Assembly (NCBI GenBank): GCA_965222075.1
Contig: OZ244937.1
Coordinates: forward strand, 4,512,001 to 4,576,000
From: Candidatus Latescibacterota bacterium
Lineage (GTDB): Bacteria; Latescibacterota; UBA2968; GCA-2709665
Reading direction: 5' to 3'
DNA length: 64,000 nt
The notes beneath the pieces are model-generated. The model was not told where the DNA came from. It searched no databases and worked only from the letters and a program-made list of their open reading frames with translations. Below, in pieces: positions 19,300 to 30,203 of this stretch (its first letter is position 1; the number at the start of each line of letters is the position of its first letter). The position numbers were made by a program, and so were the translations under genes.

Positions 19300-20610
19300 T
19301 TACGTCGTTCGTGTCTCGTTGTAGCGGCTTTGCCTGAGTGTTTCGAGAACCTCAAAATAGCTCGGAAAGGTCTTGTTCACACATTTCGGATTCCGGATGG
19401 CGATTCCCGGGCAGACCAGGCCGACCAGCGCGAGGCCCATGGCCATCCGGTGGTCGTCGTAGGTCTCCAGTTCGGCTGGGTGGATCTGATCGGTGGGGTG
19501 GACGGTGAGCCCGTCGTGCCGGGTGTCGACCTGTACGCCGAGTTTCCGGAGTTCGGCGGCCAGGGCGGCGATGCGATCGGTTTCCTTGATGCGCATGTGG
19601 GCCACGTTTCGCACGGTGACCGGATCGGAGGCGAAGGGGGCGATCGCGCAGAGGGTCTGGACAATGTCGGACATGCTGTTCATGTCGATTTCGATCCCGG
19701 CGAGTTTTTGAGGGCCTTGCACCTCGATCCCGTCGGGGGCTTTCTGTACCCGGCAGCCCATCCGCTCTAAGATGTCCACAAAGCCGACGTCGCCCTGGGC
19801 GGATTCCCCCGTGAGGCCCCGGACTTTGATCCGGCCGCCGGTGAGCGCGGCGGCGGCGAAGAAGTAGGAGGCGTTGGATGCGTCGGGTTCGATGCGGTAG
19901 GACCGGGGACGGTAGCGCTGCTGGGCACGCACGAAGAAGGTGTTGTAGCCGTCGTTGAGGACCTCTACGCCGAAGTCGTGCATGATGTCTAAGGTGATGT
20001 CGATATAGGGTTTGGAGACGAGAGCGCCCCGCACCCGGATTTCCACGTCGTTCTCGGCGTAAGGGGCCACCAGAAGGAGGGCGGTGAAGTACTGGCTGCT
20101 TTTGTCTCCGGGCATAAAGGCGCGCCCGCCCTTGAGGCCGGAGGCCTCCACGAGGACCGGAGGACAGCCGTTTCCCTGCAGGCTGCGTGCCTCCACGCCG
20201 AGGGAACGGAGGCCGTCCAAGAGGTCCTGGATGGGACGCTGCCGCATGCGGGGCACGCCGTCTAAGGTGTAGACGCCTCGGCCGAGGCCGAGGTAGGCGG
20301 TGAGGAAGCGGGCGGTGGTACCGGAGTTGTCCACAAAGAGGCGGGCCTCCCGGGCGGGGACTCGCCCGCCGGTTCCGGTGACGGTAAAGGTCGCATTGGC
20401 CTCATCGGCCTGCACAGCGATGCCGAGGGTTTTGAGCCCCTCGGCCATGTGGTGGGTGTCATCGCTGAAGAGGACGCCGGAGAGGCACGATTCCCCCTTG
20501 GCCAAGGCGGCGATGAGCAGCGCCCGGTTGGTGTAGCTTTTGGAGCCGGGAACGGCAACATCGGCGTCAACCGGGCCGGTGAGAGGCCGGATTTGGAGGG
20601 TGTCTGGCAT
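19300..20610 (-). CDS. aroA: 3-phosphoshikimate 1-carboxyvinyltransferase (EPSP synthase)
   Basis: PGSKSYTNR, NSGTTARF, SSQY, SKPYID, RIKETDR, DDHRMAM, KTFPSYF. Confidence 0.96.
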   Translation of the reverse strand: MPDTLQIRPLTGPVDADVAVPGSKSYTNRALLIAALAKGESCLSGVLFSDDTHHMAEGLKTLGIAVQADEANATFTVTGTGGRVPAREARLFVDNSGTTARFLTAYLGLGRGVYTLDGVPRMRQRPIQDLLDGLRSLGVEARSLQGNGCPPVLVEASGLKGGRAFMPGDKSSQYFTALLLVAPYAENDVEIRVRGALVSKPYIDITLDIMHDFGVEVLNDGYNTFFVRAQQRYRPRSYRIEPDASNASYFFAAAALTGGRIKVRGLTGESAQGDVGFVDILERMGCRVQKAPDGIEVQGPQKLAGIEIDMNSMSDIVQTLCAIAPFASDPVTVRNVAHMRIKETDRIAALAAELRKLGVQVDTRHDGLTVHPTDQIHPAELETYDDHRMAMGLALVGLVCPGIAIRNPKCVNKTFPSYFEVLETLRQSRYNETRTT

Positions 20611-20809
20611 AATTTATAAGGTAATAGAAAGGGGGAAGGAGTTCAATAGAGAAATTGTGGATCTCGGATTGGGGAGGAACCGCGACATATTGGGTGGGGT
20701 AGGGAAAGCTGCCGCCTTTTCTTGTGGCAGTTATAAAAAAATTTCTTTCGGAACTTCAGGTTATTTCGGACGTTATCGCCACCTGCTTTTTTGACTGCCA
20801 ATCTGTCGC

Positions 20810-20839
20810 TTGACTTTTTGCCCCCCCGGAGGTTAGATT
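20810..20839 (+). promoter_or_regulatory. Possible sigma70 promoter for dnaE
   Basis: TTGACT (20810-20815), 18 nt spacer, TAGATT (20834-20839). Confidence 0.4.
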
Positions 20840-21006
20840 ATACCGCATCGGGGCGATTCTTTCCATGCCCTCCCCCCTGTCCCTTCCCCCCCGCTGTGTC
20901 CCCACGCGGGCCTCAGGCCTCGATACTCCTTATCACCTCCGATCTATTCTTCAGTTGAACGGGCCTTCCCCCGCTGTTGGTCCTATTTTCCCGTGGGGAG
21001 ATGACG

Positions 21007-24000
21007 ATGAAGCAGGCCGAGTTTGTCCACCTCCATAGCCACACGATGTTCAGCCTCCTGGACGGGGCATGCAAGATTCAGGACATTGCTCAGAGGGCCG
21101 CCGAGTGGGGTATGCCGGCCGTGGCGATGACCGACCACGGCAACCTGTTCGGGGCGATCGATTTCTACAGGGAGATGCGGGAGGTAGGGGTCAAGCCGAT
21201 CATCGGCTGCGAGGTCTACTGTGCCATTGAGGACCGGTTTTCCAGGCAGCCGGCCCGGGGCGTCCCGAGCGGGTCCAACCATCTGGTGCTCTTAGCCAAA
21301 GACCTTGCCGGGTATAAGAATCTGATCAAGCTGGTCTCGGCCGGATACTTAGAGGGGTTTTATTACCATCCAAGGGTGGACAAGGAGTTGCTTCGACGGC
21401 ATTCGGAGGGGCTGATCTGTCTGTCGGCCTGCGTGAGCGGCGAAATTCCCCACCTGATCGAGCGGGAGGGGATGGTGGCCGCCCGGAAGGGCGTGGAAGA
21501 CTACCTGGATATTTTCGGCGAGGATTTTTATCTGGAAATCCAGCGGCAAGGCATCGACCGGGAGGCGAAGATCAACGAGGGGCTGCTGCGGCTGCACAAG
21601 GAAATGGAGGTGGGGTTGGTGGCCACGAACGATTCGCACTTTTTGGGTGCGGAGGATCACGAAGCCCACGCGGTGCTTGTGGCCATCCAGACGGGGAAGA
21701 CCTTAAACGATCCGAACCGGATGTGTTATCAGAAGAGCGTCTATTTTAAATCCGCCGAAGAGATGTACGAACGCTTCAGCGATCTGCCCCAGGCGCTGGA
21801 AGCGACGCTGGAGATTGCAGAGAAGTGCGACCTCGAAATTCCTATGGATGAGGGCAACGCGCCTGAATTTCCCCTGCCAGCGGGCTACGAGACGGCGGAC
21901 GCCTACTTAGCGGATCTGGCCCGGGAGGGGATGGAGCGGCATTGTAAGCAGGTGACTTTGGGGTATGAGGAGCGCCTGAAGTATGAGCTGGACATCATCG
22001 GTCGGGCCGGCTATTCGGGCTACTTTCTGATTGTGAGCGATTTTGTGCGTTTTGCCAGCGAAACAAATATTCGTGCGTCTGCACGCGGGTCTGTGTTGAG
22101 CAGCCTGGTGGCCTACGTATTGGGGATCACGGCTCTGGATCCGATCGAGTACGGGCTCTACTTCGAACGGTTCTTGAATCTGGAGCGGATTTCTCCCCCC
22201 GACATCGATATCGACATTGCGGATCGGGACAGGGAAAAGCTGATTGACTACGTGGTGGAGAAGTACGGGCGAGACAACGTCTGCCAGATTATTACGTTTG
22301 GTACAATGGGGGCCAAAGGGGTGATTCGGGATGTGGGGCGTGTGCTGGACATGCCATTTGCAGAGGTGGACAGGATTTCCAAGCTGGTGCCTGCGGAACT
22401 GAAGGTGACGCTGGACAGGGCCCTGGGCATGTCGCCGGAGCTGAAGCGGGTTTCCCAAGACGGCGGGGAGGGCCAGAGGCTGCTCTCGATCGCCCGACAG
22501 CTTGAGGGCTTAGCCCGGCACACGTCGATTCATGCAGCCGGCGTTGTGATTACGCCCAGACCCCTTACAGAATACCTCCCGCTCTACAAAGCATCCAAGG
22601 GGGGTGAGGTTGTGACCCAGTATAACTGGCACCATGTGGAGGATCTGGGTTTTTTAAAGATGGACTTTTTGGGGTTGCGCAATCTGACAGTGCTGGATGA
22701 TACCGTCGAAATGGTTGAGCAGAACCACGGGATCAGGGTCGATATCGATTCTCTCCCCTTAGACGACCAGGAGGCCTTAAAGCTGTTCGGGAAGGGAGAG
22801 ACTACCGGGGTCTTCCAGTTTGAAAGCAGTGGGATGCGGGACTATCTCAAGAGGCTGCAGCCGGACCGGATTGAAGATATTATTGCGATGAACGCCCTCT
22901 ACCGGCCCGGGCCGATGAAGTATATCCCCAACTATATTGACAGGAAACAGGGCAGAGAAGGGGTGACCTATCCCCATCCGGTTTTGGAACCCGCCTTAAA
23001 AGAGACCTACGGAATTATTACCTACCAGGAACAGGTACAGCGGATCTGCCGGGATATGGCCGGGTTTTCGCTTGCCAAAGCCGATGGTGTACGCCAGGCG
23101 ATGGGCAAGAAGCTGGCAGATGTGATGGAGCAGTATAAAACCGATTTTATAGAGGGCGCCAAGAAAAACCAGGTGAAGGCGGAGACGGCAAGGAAGATCT
23201 GGGCCGATATGGAGGTCTTCTCCGGTTACGGCTTTAACAAGGCGCACAGTTCCGGTTATGCGTTTGTGGCCTATCAGGCCGCCTATCTGAAGGCGCACTA
23301 CCCGGCCGAATATATGGCGGCCAATCTGAACAGCGAGATCGGCGATATTGAGCGGCTGGTGGTTTTGATTGACGAGTGCCGGCGGATAGGGCTGGAGGTG
23401 CTGCCGCCGGACGTGAACGAGAGCACCGTGGACTTTATGGCCTCGAAGGGACGCATCCGAATGGGGATGGCGGCGGTGCGCAACGTGGGGAAGGGCGCGG
23501 TGGAGACGGTTGTGACCGCGCGGGAGGCCGATGGCCCGTTTTCGTCTCTGTTTGATTTTTGTGAGCGGGTGGATTTGCGCGCCGTGAACCGGCGCGCGGT
23601 CGAAAGCCTGATTTGCGCTGGGGCGCTAGATTCTTTAGAGGGGCACCGCGCCCAGTTGCTGGCAGGCCTGGAGCGGGCGATGGATATGGCCCAGGCGGCG
23701 CAGGCCAACCGGCAGCGGGGGCAAATCTCCCTCTTTGAATCCGAGGCGATGGCCGCCCAGGCGGCGGTGGTGAACAACCAAGTGCTTCCCGGGGTGCCGG
23801 AGTGGACGGTGCCGGAGCGGCTGGCCCGGGAGAAGGAGATGCTTGGTTTTTATCTGTCAGGCCACCCGCTGGAGAAGTACAGGGTTGATCTGGTCTCTAT
23901 GGGCATCCGGTCGGTGAAAGAGATGGAAGGCCTGCCGGAGGGGACCGAGATCAGGCTGGGGGGGCTGCTGACGGAAGTGAAACCCCATACCGATAAAAAC

Positions 24001-24489
24001 GGCCGGGCGATGGCCTTTGGCACGCTGGAGGACTTGGAGGGGGCGGTTGACCTGGTGGTCTTTCCGGATGTGTTTGAAAAGATCCGGGAGGATCTGAGCG
24101 CCGATGCGATAGTCGTTTTGCAAGGGAGGCTTTCGGGGCGCAATGGACGGACGTCGGTGCAGGTGGAGCAGGTGGTTCCAATGGAGAAGGCGCGGAAGGA
24201 ATTGGCCGATTCGGTGAATGTGCTGCTGCCCCCTGAGGATTTAAACACCGAACGCTTAGAGGCGCTCAAGGCGCTGCTTGAACGCTACAAGGGGGATTGT
24301 GCGCTCTATCTGCACCTGCAGCTGGAGGGGGACCGGCGGACGGTTATCCGGTCACGGCGGTTGAGCGTATCGCCTTCGGAGACGCTGGTCTCGGAGATTG
24401 CCGAGCTGACAGAAGGACGGGCGCGGACATGGGTCTCGGCGGAGGATGTGCGGACGAGGCAGGCAGCAGGGCGGACTCAGGCGGTGTAG
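21007..24489 (+). CDS. dnaE: DNA polymerase III alpha subunit
   Basis: PHP domain (HLHSH, TDHG, GCE, NDSH), PPDIDID, HAAG, KMDFLGL, GVFQFES, YGFNKAH, OB fold. SD GGGGAG favours ATG 21007. No intein-sized insert. Confidence 0.97.
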   Translation: MKQAEFVHLHSHTMFSLLDGACKIQDIAQRAAEWGMPAVAMTDHGNLFGAIDFYREMREVGVKPIIGCEVYCAIEDRFSRQPARGVPSGSNHLVLLAKDLAGYKNLIKLVSAGYLEGFYYHPRVDKELLRRHSEGLICLSACVSGEIPHLIEREGMVAARKGVEDYLDIFGEDFYLEIQRQGIDREAKINEGLLRLHKEMEVGLVATNDSHFLGAEDHEAHAVLVAIQTGKTLNDPNRMCYQKSVYFKSAEEMYERFSDLPQALEATLEIAEKCDLEIPMDEGNAPEFPLPAGYETADAYLADLAREGMERHCKQVTLGYEERLKYELDIIGRAGYSGYFLIVSDFVRFASETNIRASARGSVLSSLVAYVLGITALDPIEYGLYFERFLNLERISPPDIDIDIADRDREKLIDYVVEKYGRDNVCQIITFGTMGAKGVIRDVGRVLDMPFAEVDRISKLVPAELKVTLDRALGMSPELKRVSQDGGEGQRLLSIARQLEGLARHTSIHAAGVVITPRPLTEYLPLYKASKGGEVVTQYNWHHVEDLGFLKMDFLGLRNLTVLDDTVEMVEQNHGIRVDIDSLPLDDQEALKLFGKGETTGVFQFESSGMRDYLKRLQPDRIEDIIAMNALYRPGPMKYIPNYIDRKQGREGVTYPHPVLEPALKETYGIITYQEQVQRICRDMAGFSLAKADGVRQAMGKKLADVMEQYKTDFIEGAKKNQVKAETARKIWADMEVFSGYGFNKAHSSGYAFVAYQAAYLKAHYPAEYMAANLNSEIGDIERLVVLIDECRRIGLEVLPPDVNESTVDFMASKGRIRMGMAAVRNVGKGAVETVVTAREADGPFSSLFDFCERVDLRAVNRRAVESLICAGALDSLEGHRAQLLAGLERAMDMAQAAQANRQRGQISLFESEAMAAQAAVVNNQVLPGVPEWTVPERLAREKEMLGFYLSGHPLEKYRVDLVSMGIRSVKEMEGLPEGTEIRLGGLLTEVKPHTDKNGRAMAFGTLEDLEGAVDLVVFPDVFEKIREDLSADAIVVLQGRLSGRNGRTSVQVEQVVPMEKARKELADSVNVLLPPEDLNTERLEALKALLERYKGDCALYLHLQLEGDRRTVIRSRRLSVSPSETLVSEIAELTEGRARTWVSAEDVRTRQAAGRTQAV

Positions 24490-24556
24490 GTAGATAAAAA
24501 GGGGAGAAAGGGCCAGGGCCTGATCTGCGACAGCAGGTTGGGCCCTGTTTTTTTGA

Positions 24557-24601
24557 ATTTCGGATTTCGGATTGAAAGCCCTTCATTCCGCAATCCGCAA
24601 T
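24557..24601. repeat. Heptamer-based inverted repeat (ATTTCGG)2...(CCGCAAT)2 between convergent dnaE and rodA
   Basis: atttcggatttcggatt ... attccgcaatccgcaat. Confidence 0.65.
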
Positions 24602-24621
24602 TTCTCAGGGGGAGGGGTCTG

Positions 24622-25842
24622 TCAGTAGTACTCGTGCCTGCGGCTGTGGATATTAAGGAGGAAGCCGATGAGGACCATGTTGACGACCAGGGGGGAGCCC
24701 CCGTAGCTGAGAAAGGGCAGGGGGAGGCCGGTAACGGGCATAACGCCGATGGTCATGCCGATATTGACAAAGATGTGAAAGACGAGGATGGAGACCAGCC
24801 CGATAGAGACCAGGCTGGAAAAGCGGCTTTTGACCTGGGTGGCGATCTGGATGGCACGCCAGATGATGAAGAAGAAGAGGGCCAGCACGATCAAGGCGCC
24901 GACAAATCCGAATTCTTCGCCGACGACCGAAAAGATGAAGTCGGTGTGCTGCTCGGGAAGGAAGGCGAATTTGGTCTGGGTGCCCTGCAGGAACCCTTTG
25001 CCGTTGAGGCCTCCAGAGCCGATGGCGATCCGGGATTGGATGACCTGGTAGCCTGCGCCGAGTTTGTCCATATCGGGATTTAGAAAGGTGAGGATTCGCC
25101 GCTGCTGGTAGTCGTAGAGCTTGTGGTAGAAGAGATAGGGCGCGCCCACGGCAACGGTGAGGTTGACTAAGACGACGGTGAGGACGCCCGGCAGGCGGGG
25201 GCGCACCCAAAACAGGACGCCCGCCAGGAGGAGTGTGAAGGCGGTGAGGGCATAGCTATTAAACGCGCAGATCAGGCTCAGGACGGGTGAGATGATGAAA
25301 AAGAGGACTACGGGGCGAAGCCCGGCCCAGAAGAGGATGGGCAGAAGGATCGCTCCAAAGACGAGCGCGGTGCCCAGGTCGGGCTGTTTATAGACCAGGA
25401 AGGTGGGTGCCAGGACCAGGAGGACGGGCGCGAGGAAGGTGCGCACCCGGCTCAGATTCAGGTTGCGCTTGGAGAGGTAGCGCGCCAAGGCCAGGACGGT
25501 GGCGATCTTGGCCAACTCAGAGGGCTGAACGTGGATGGGACCGAGGTTGAACCACCTCCGATCGCCGAATTCGAGGACCAGAACGAGGAGGAAGACGGCC
25601 ATGCCGTAGAGGATGTAGGCAAAGGCGTAGTAGAATTTGAGCGGAATGGCGATTGTCAGGACGAGACCCAGCAAGGCGATCAGGGCCCAGACAATCTGTT
25701 TTTTATAGACCTCTCCCGCGGATCCCAGTTCCCAATTGTAGGTTGTACTGTAGATCATGGTGATCCCAAGCAGGGTGATCAGGCAGACGGCCGTGAGGAG
25801 AGACAGGTCGAGTTCGCGCGAGACAAAACGGGAGAGGTTCAT
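24622..25842 (-). CDS. rodA: Rod shape-determining protein RodA (SEDS family)
   Basis: QPSELAK, QPDLGT, GYQVIQSRIAIGSGG, LPEQHTDFIF, PVTGLPLPFLSYGGS. Confidence 0.95.
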   Translation of the reverse strand: MNLSRFVSRELDLSLLTAVCLITLLGITMIYSTTYNWELGSAGEVYKKQIVWALIALLGLVLTIAIPLKFYYAFAYILYGMAVFLLVLVLEFGDRRWFNLGPIHVQPSELAKIATVLALARYLSKRNLNLSRVRTFLAPVLLVLAPTFLVYKQPDLGTALVFGAILLPILFWAGLRPVVLFFIISPVLSLICAFNSYALTAFTLLLAGVLFWVRPRLPGVLTVVLVNLTVAVGAPYLFYHKLYDYQQRRILTFLNPDMDKLGAGYQVIQSRIAIGSGGLNGKGFLQGTQTKFAFLPEQHTDFIFSVVGEEFGFVGALIVLALFFFIIWRAIQIATQVKSRFSSLVSIGLVSILVFHIFVNIGMTIGVMPVTGLPLPFLSYGGSPLVVNMVLIGFLLNIHSRRHEYY

Positions 25843-25848
25843 CGGACG

Positions 25849-27747
25849 TTACCTTGAGATGCGTTGAACCGGGGAATCCGGAGGCGGGGAGAGGTGCGCC
25901 GGGGCGGCTGGGGGCGATTTCTCTGAGCGCGGTGTATTGGAAGAGGCCAGGGCAGCGACGGTCACATCGGGGGCCTGCTCGGGCGCGACCACCTCGAAAT
26001 AGGTCTTTAGAACCCTGCGAGAAATAGGCGCGGCAACCTTTCCACCTTGACCGGCGTTCTCTGCCAGCACGACAAGTACGATTTGGGGGGCTTCCACGGG
26101 TGCGAACGCCACGAACCAGGCGTGGTCCTCACCGTGCGAATTTTGCGCTGTTCCAGTTTTTCCTGCCACGGTAACCCCTTCGATACGGGCCCGCCTGCCG
26201 GTGCCGTAGGGGCTTTCCACCACCTGGAAGAGGATGCTGCGGATCTGTTCGAGGGTTTGGGCCGAGATCTGAACAGGGGTTGACCGGGCATGTGGGGCGC
26301 TGCTTTGCAGGACGTGGGGACGGGGCAGCGCACCCACCGCAAGGGCGCTGATGTAGCGGGCGACCTGGATGGGGGTAGCGGTGGTTTCTCCCTGGCCGAT
26401 GGCGAGGTTGAGCATGTGCCCCTCGGCCCAGTTGCCCCGGTGTACCTTGTAGTAGGCCCGGTCTGTGACCAGCCCCGTGGCCTCTCCATCTCCCCCTTCT
26501 GCGATGTCGATGCCCGTGGACTGGCCGAACCCCAGGCGTTTGACGTAGCGGTTCCAGTTGGCAATACCGACCTTCCGGCCGAGTTGATAAAAGAAGGTGT
26601 CGCAGGAGTGAATGAGGGCCTGTCGGAGGTTCAATTTGCCGTGCCCGGCGGCCTTGTGGCACCGGAACACCCGGTCTCCAAAGGTCAGCTTCCCTTTACA
26701 GGGGGCATAGCGGAGTTCGTCGGGCTTCAGCAGGCCCATTTCCAGTGCGGCGATGCCCGTTACCATTTTGAGAACCGACGCGGGCGGGTACTCTCCCTGG
26801 ATGCTCCGGTTTAATAGCGGTTTTTGGGGATTGGACTGGAGGGCGTTCCACTCCTGGGGGTTGCGAATCGACCGGGGGTGGAAGCCGGGTTTGCTGACCA
26901 GGGCCAGGATGGCGCCGTTGTTGGGGTCCATGGCCACAATGCTGCCTTTGAGGGTATCGGAGAGGGCCTGTTCGGCCGCCAGCTGCAGCCGCCAGTCGAG
27001 GGTGAGGAAGATATCCTGCCCCGCCACGGGGGGTTCGGTCTTGTCGGGAAGAGACCCCACTTCCTGTCCCCAGACGTTGACCTCGATGTATTTGACGCCG
27101 TCTTGGCCTCGCAGCTGGGCTTCGCAGAGCCGTTCCACGCCCCGTTTGCCAACCTGGTCGTCGTAGCTGTAGCCCAGGGGGGCCATCTGGGGGTAGGCGT
27201 TTGCATCAATCAGGCCCACGTAGCCGAGGATGTGGGGGACCAGGGGAAAGGGGCCGTTAAAGGCGGGGTATCCCCGCCTGGCTTCGATCTGGATCTCCAC
27301 GCCGGGCAGGTCGTAGCGGTCTTCCTCGATCATGGAGACCATCTTAAACCCGACGTCCTGCTTGAGTTTCACCGGTTCGTAGAAGTGGCGCTTCCGGGAG
27401 GAGAGCTTTTCTTGGATCCGTGTTTTGGATAGCCCGACGGTCTGGCTGAGCTGGGAGACCACCCGTTTTCGGATGGATGGGTCGGTATTGCGCAGCAGCC
27501 GCGGGGGGATGATCGAGATGGTATAAGACAGGCGGTTGTCGACTAAGATGGTCCCGTTGCGGTCCCGGACGAGGCCGCGGCTGGCCTCGATGGGTACGGG
27601 CTGCATGGTGTTTTTTTCAGACTGGATGCGGTACTGCTCCCAGTCTGCAATTTGCACCATGTAGAGCCTGACCGAGAGGATGCCGAACAGGATCAACGCT
27701 GCCCTCAGGAGACAGCGTGCCCGGCGCTCCCGTGTCCCGTTATCCAT
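25849..27747 (-). CDS. mrdA: Penicillin-binding protein 2
   Basis: RGLVRDRNG, SxxK (PASVLK), SCD, KTGTAQ, DHAWF; lies between mreD and rodA. Confidence 0.95.
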   Translation of the reverse strand: MDNGTRERRARCLLRAALILFGILSVRLYMVQIADWEQYRIQSEKNTMQPVPIEASRGLVRDRNGTILVDNRLSYTISIIPPRLLRNTDPSIRKRVVSQLSQTVGLSKTRIQEKLSSRKRHFYEPVKLKQDVGFKMVSMIEEDRYDLPGVEIQIEARRGYPAFNGPFPLVPHILGYVGLIDANAYPQMAPLGYSYDDQVGKRGVERLCEAQLRGQDGVKYIEVNVWGQEVGSLPDKTEPPVAGQDIFLTLDWRLQLAAEQALSDTLKGSIVAMDPNNGAILALVSKPGFHPRSIRNPQEWNALQSNPQKPLLNRSIQGEYPPASVLKMVTGIAALEMGLLKPDELRYAPCKGKLTFGDRVFRCHKAAGHGKLNLRQALIHSCDTFFYQLGRKVGIANWNRYVKRLGFGQSTGIDIAEGGDGEATGLVTDRAYYKVHRGNWAEGHMLNLAIGQGETTATPIQVARYISALAVGALPRPHVLQSSAPHARSTPVQISAQTLEQIRSILFQVVESPYGTGRRARIEGVTVAGKTGTAQNSHGEDHAWFVAFAPVEAPQIVLVVLAENAGQGGKVAAPISRRVLKTYFEVVAPEQAPDVTVAALASSNTPRSEKSPPAAPAHLSPPPDSPVQRISR

Positions 27748-28246
27748 GAAGTCTTCGTGCACTTAGGCGGATCCCCTTATTGAAACGGACTGGCAGCAGC
27801 AGAGAAAAACCCGCGCCCACACAGGCGGTGTAGAACGCAGTACCCAGCCCGTAGCGCAGCATAGAGGAGAAGATGGCCTGGGGAGTCGCAATTGAATACA
27901 GGGTGAAATAGATCAGGTCGTGCAGAATGCCGGCCAGAAACAGGAGCAGGGCCTGCACCCGGATCTCTTCTGCAACGACCCCGATGCGGCTGTATCCCAC
28001 GGCAAAACCGACGATGCTGTTGGTCAGGGTGTTGATTCCCATGGCTTCCGGATCATAGACATCGAGCAAGAATCCGGAGGTAAACCCAAAAGTGGTGCCC
28101 TCAACCTGACCGCCGGAGATGCCGATGTAGACCAGGGCGAGCAAGATGAGATCGGGCATTATGCCGAAGATGGCGATTTTATGGACCCAGGAGGTCTGGA
28201 GCAGCAATGCCAGAGCGATCAACAGGATATTGCGAACGATGCCCAT
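27740..28246 (-). CDS. mreD: Rod shape-determining protein MreD
   Basis: About 5 TM segments, PDLILL...GFTSGFLLD, directly upstream of mrdA. Confidence 0.88.
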   Translation of the reverse strand: MGIVRNILLIALALLLQTSWVHKIAIFGIMPDLILLALVYIGISGGQVEGTTFGFTSGFLLDVYDPEAMGINTLTNSIVGFAVGYSRIGVVAEEIRVQALLLFLAGILHDLIYFTLYSIATPQAIFSSMLRYGLGTAFYTACVGAGFSLLLPVRFNKGIRLSARRLHG

Positions 28247-28282
28247 CCCTTTATGACCTCACCCTCCGTATGTTGGCCTGGA

Positions 28283-28304
28283 GGCGAGGTGACCTCGCCC
28301 CTGC
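28283..28304 (-). repeat. REP-like palindrome after the mltD stop
   Basis: Minus strand GCAGGGGCGAGGTCACCTCGCC. Confidence 0.6.
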
Positions 28305-30176
28305 TTAGTCTATGTGGGCTCCATCGGCTGGCTGCACGAGGAGCTTTGCGCCTGCGCGTATGCGGGAGGCATGCCGGATGCCGTTCCACTTTTTCAGGTC
28401 ACTCACGCTGGTGTGGAAGGCCCGGGCGATATTCCAGAGGGTGTCACCCGGTTTGATGGTATAGAAGCCGTGGATGGCCGCCTGCTCTTTCTGGGCGTCC
28501 TGGACGGGGTGTTCAACCGGCTTCCAGATGACAAGCCGGTTGCCGGGAAAGATGTGTTGAGACGCCAACAGGCCGTTCCAGGCCCGGATCTGCTCGGGTT
28601 TTACCCCCTCTTGCCGGGCGATGTCCCAAAGGGTGTCGCCCCTGCGCACGCTGTAGGCGACCCGAACGTGTCGAGAAAGATCGGGCGGTGTCTCGATTTT
28701 GGGTTTCCGGGCCCGAGCGTAGAATTGGGGAGGGATGGGGATCCTGAGCCGTTTGCCCGCACGCAGCCGCCGCGGGTTGCGGATGCCGTTGGCATCGAGG
28801 ATGGCCTGGGCGCTGATGCGCATACGCTTTGCGATGTCCGAGACGGTGTCGCCATACCGGACGAGGTAGTCCACCATCTGGACCTTCCGACTGTCGGGGA
28901 TGCGGGCGTAGTTGGCCCGGAAGAGGTCGGCAGAGCCTGCCGGGATGCGTAAGGGGTAGACCTTGCGGACCGGCGGAGCCGGCGTGTATCCCCTCCGGAG
29001 TTCCGGATTGAGCGCTCGCATGGACTCGTAAGAAGTGCCAGCGCATTCGGCGGCGAGTCGCAGGTCGACCCACTCGGAGACCTGGACGGTGTCGTAGGCG
29101 AGGGGCGGCTGGTAGACGACGTCGCTAAAACCGAACCATTCCGGGTCTTTGGATATGAGCAGCGCCGCCATGAAGCGGGGCAGGTGGTTGCGGGTTTCCC
29201 TGGGCAGATTCTTGAGCTTCCAGAAGTCCCGGGTACCGGCCTTGCGGATGGCTCGGTTGAGCCTGCCCTGCCCGCAGTTGTAGGCGGCAATGACCAGCCG
29301 CCAGTCGCCGAAGAGGTCGTAGAGGTGCTGGATGTGACGCGCTGCCGCGTGGGTGGCCTTTTGGGGATCCCGGCGTTCGTCGACCCAGGTGTTGCGTTTC
29401 AGCCCGTAGAGGGGGGCGGTATACCGGACAAACTGCCAGATACCGGCGGCACCCACCCGGGAATAGGCCCTGGGGTTGAATCCGCTTTCGATCATGGCTT
29501 TATAGGCGAGATCCTGGGGAAGGCCCGCTTCCCCGAAGGCCTCCCGAATCATAGGCATATAGGTCCCAGACCGGTAGAGCCAGCGCCTGAACATCTCCCG
29601 TCTGTCGGTCTGGAAATAGCGAATACTTGCGATGACTTCCGGGGTGTAGTCGACGGGGACGTCGGCAGAGCCGGCCAGCGTACGGATGTAGAGTTCCCGG
29701 TAGTGGGGATGGTCCCGAATATGGGAAGCGATGTCTTCGGGGAGGGCGTGTAGCAGGAGAGCGAGGGCCGACTTGGGGTTGATCGGCGCGGTTGGCGGAA
29801 GCAGAGCCCGATAGAGTTCCAGGTTTACTCGAACAAGACCGGCGAGATGTTTGGGCAACAGGCTATCTGTGTGTGTGGTGACAAGCTTGGACAGAACGAT
29901 GGATGCACCTTCGAGGGATCTGAGAGCATCCTCCTGGCGTTTGGCCTGAAGGTCCTGAAAGGCCTGGCTCAGCAGTCGGTATACCTGATGGTGAGGGAGG
30001 TCTTGGACCGTGCCGACGGTGCTGTCGGCGAGTGTATTCATCGTCTCCCGGGAGGGGGTCTGGGCAGGGCCCTGCGGATGGGACGTTTGGAGACGGGATG
30101 CCGCACAACCCACCAAAAAGAGGGCAAGAAGGAGGCAGGGGATTGCAAAAAAGGACTGTCGTGAGAGCGTTTTCAT
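28305..30176 (-). CDS. mltD: Lytic transglycosylase lipoprotein with three LysM domains (MltD-like)
   Basis: Lipobox LVGC, IESGFNPRAYS, AAGIWQF, AAYNCG, ETRNH; LysM motifs VRYGDTV, VRRGDTL, IKPGDTL. Confidence 0.9.
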   Translation of the reverse strand: MKTLSRQSFFAIPCLLLALFLVGCAASRLQTSHPQGPAQTPSRETMNTLADSTVGTVQDLPHHQVYRLLSQAFQDLQAKRQEDALRSLEGASIVLSKLVTTHTDSLLPKHLAGLVRVNLELYRALLPPTAPINPKSALALLLHALPEDIASHIRDHPHYRELYIRTLAGSADVPVDYTPEVIASIRYFQTDRREMFRRWLYRSGTYMPMIREAFGEAGLPQDLAYKAMIESGFNPRAYSRVGAAGIWQFVRYTAPLYGLKRNTWVDERRDPQKATHAAARHIQHLYDLFGDWRLVIAAYNCGQGRLNRAIRKAGTRDFWKLKNLPRETRNHLPRFMAALLISKDPEWFGFSDVVYQPPLAYDTVQVSEWVDLRLAAECAGTSYESMRALNPELRRGYTPAPPVRKVYPLRIPAGSADLFRANYARIPDSRKVQMVDYLVRYGDTVSDIAKRMRISAQAILDANGIRNPRRLRAGKRLRIPIPPQFYARARKPKIETPPDLSRHVRVAYSVRRGDTLWDIARQEGVKPEQIRAWNGLLASQHIFPGNRLVIWKPVEHPVQDAQKEQAAIHGFYTIKPGDTLWNIARAFHTSVSDLKKWNGIRHASRIRAGAKLLVQPADGAHID

Positions 30177-30203
30177 GAACTACACCAGGTGATTTAGGGG
30201 AGC

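Noticed and set aside
21007-24489. Intein or split in dnaE, or an error-prone DnaE2
   Set aside because: Normal length, continuous motifs, intact PHP ligands and C-terminal domain, and no imuAB nearby.
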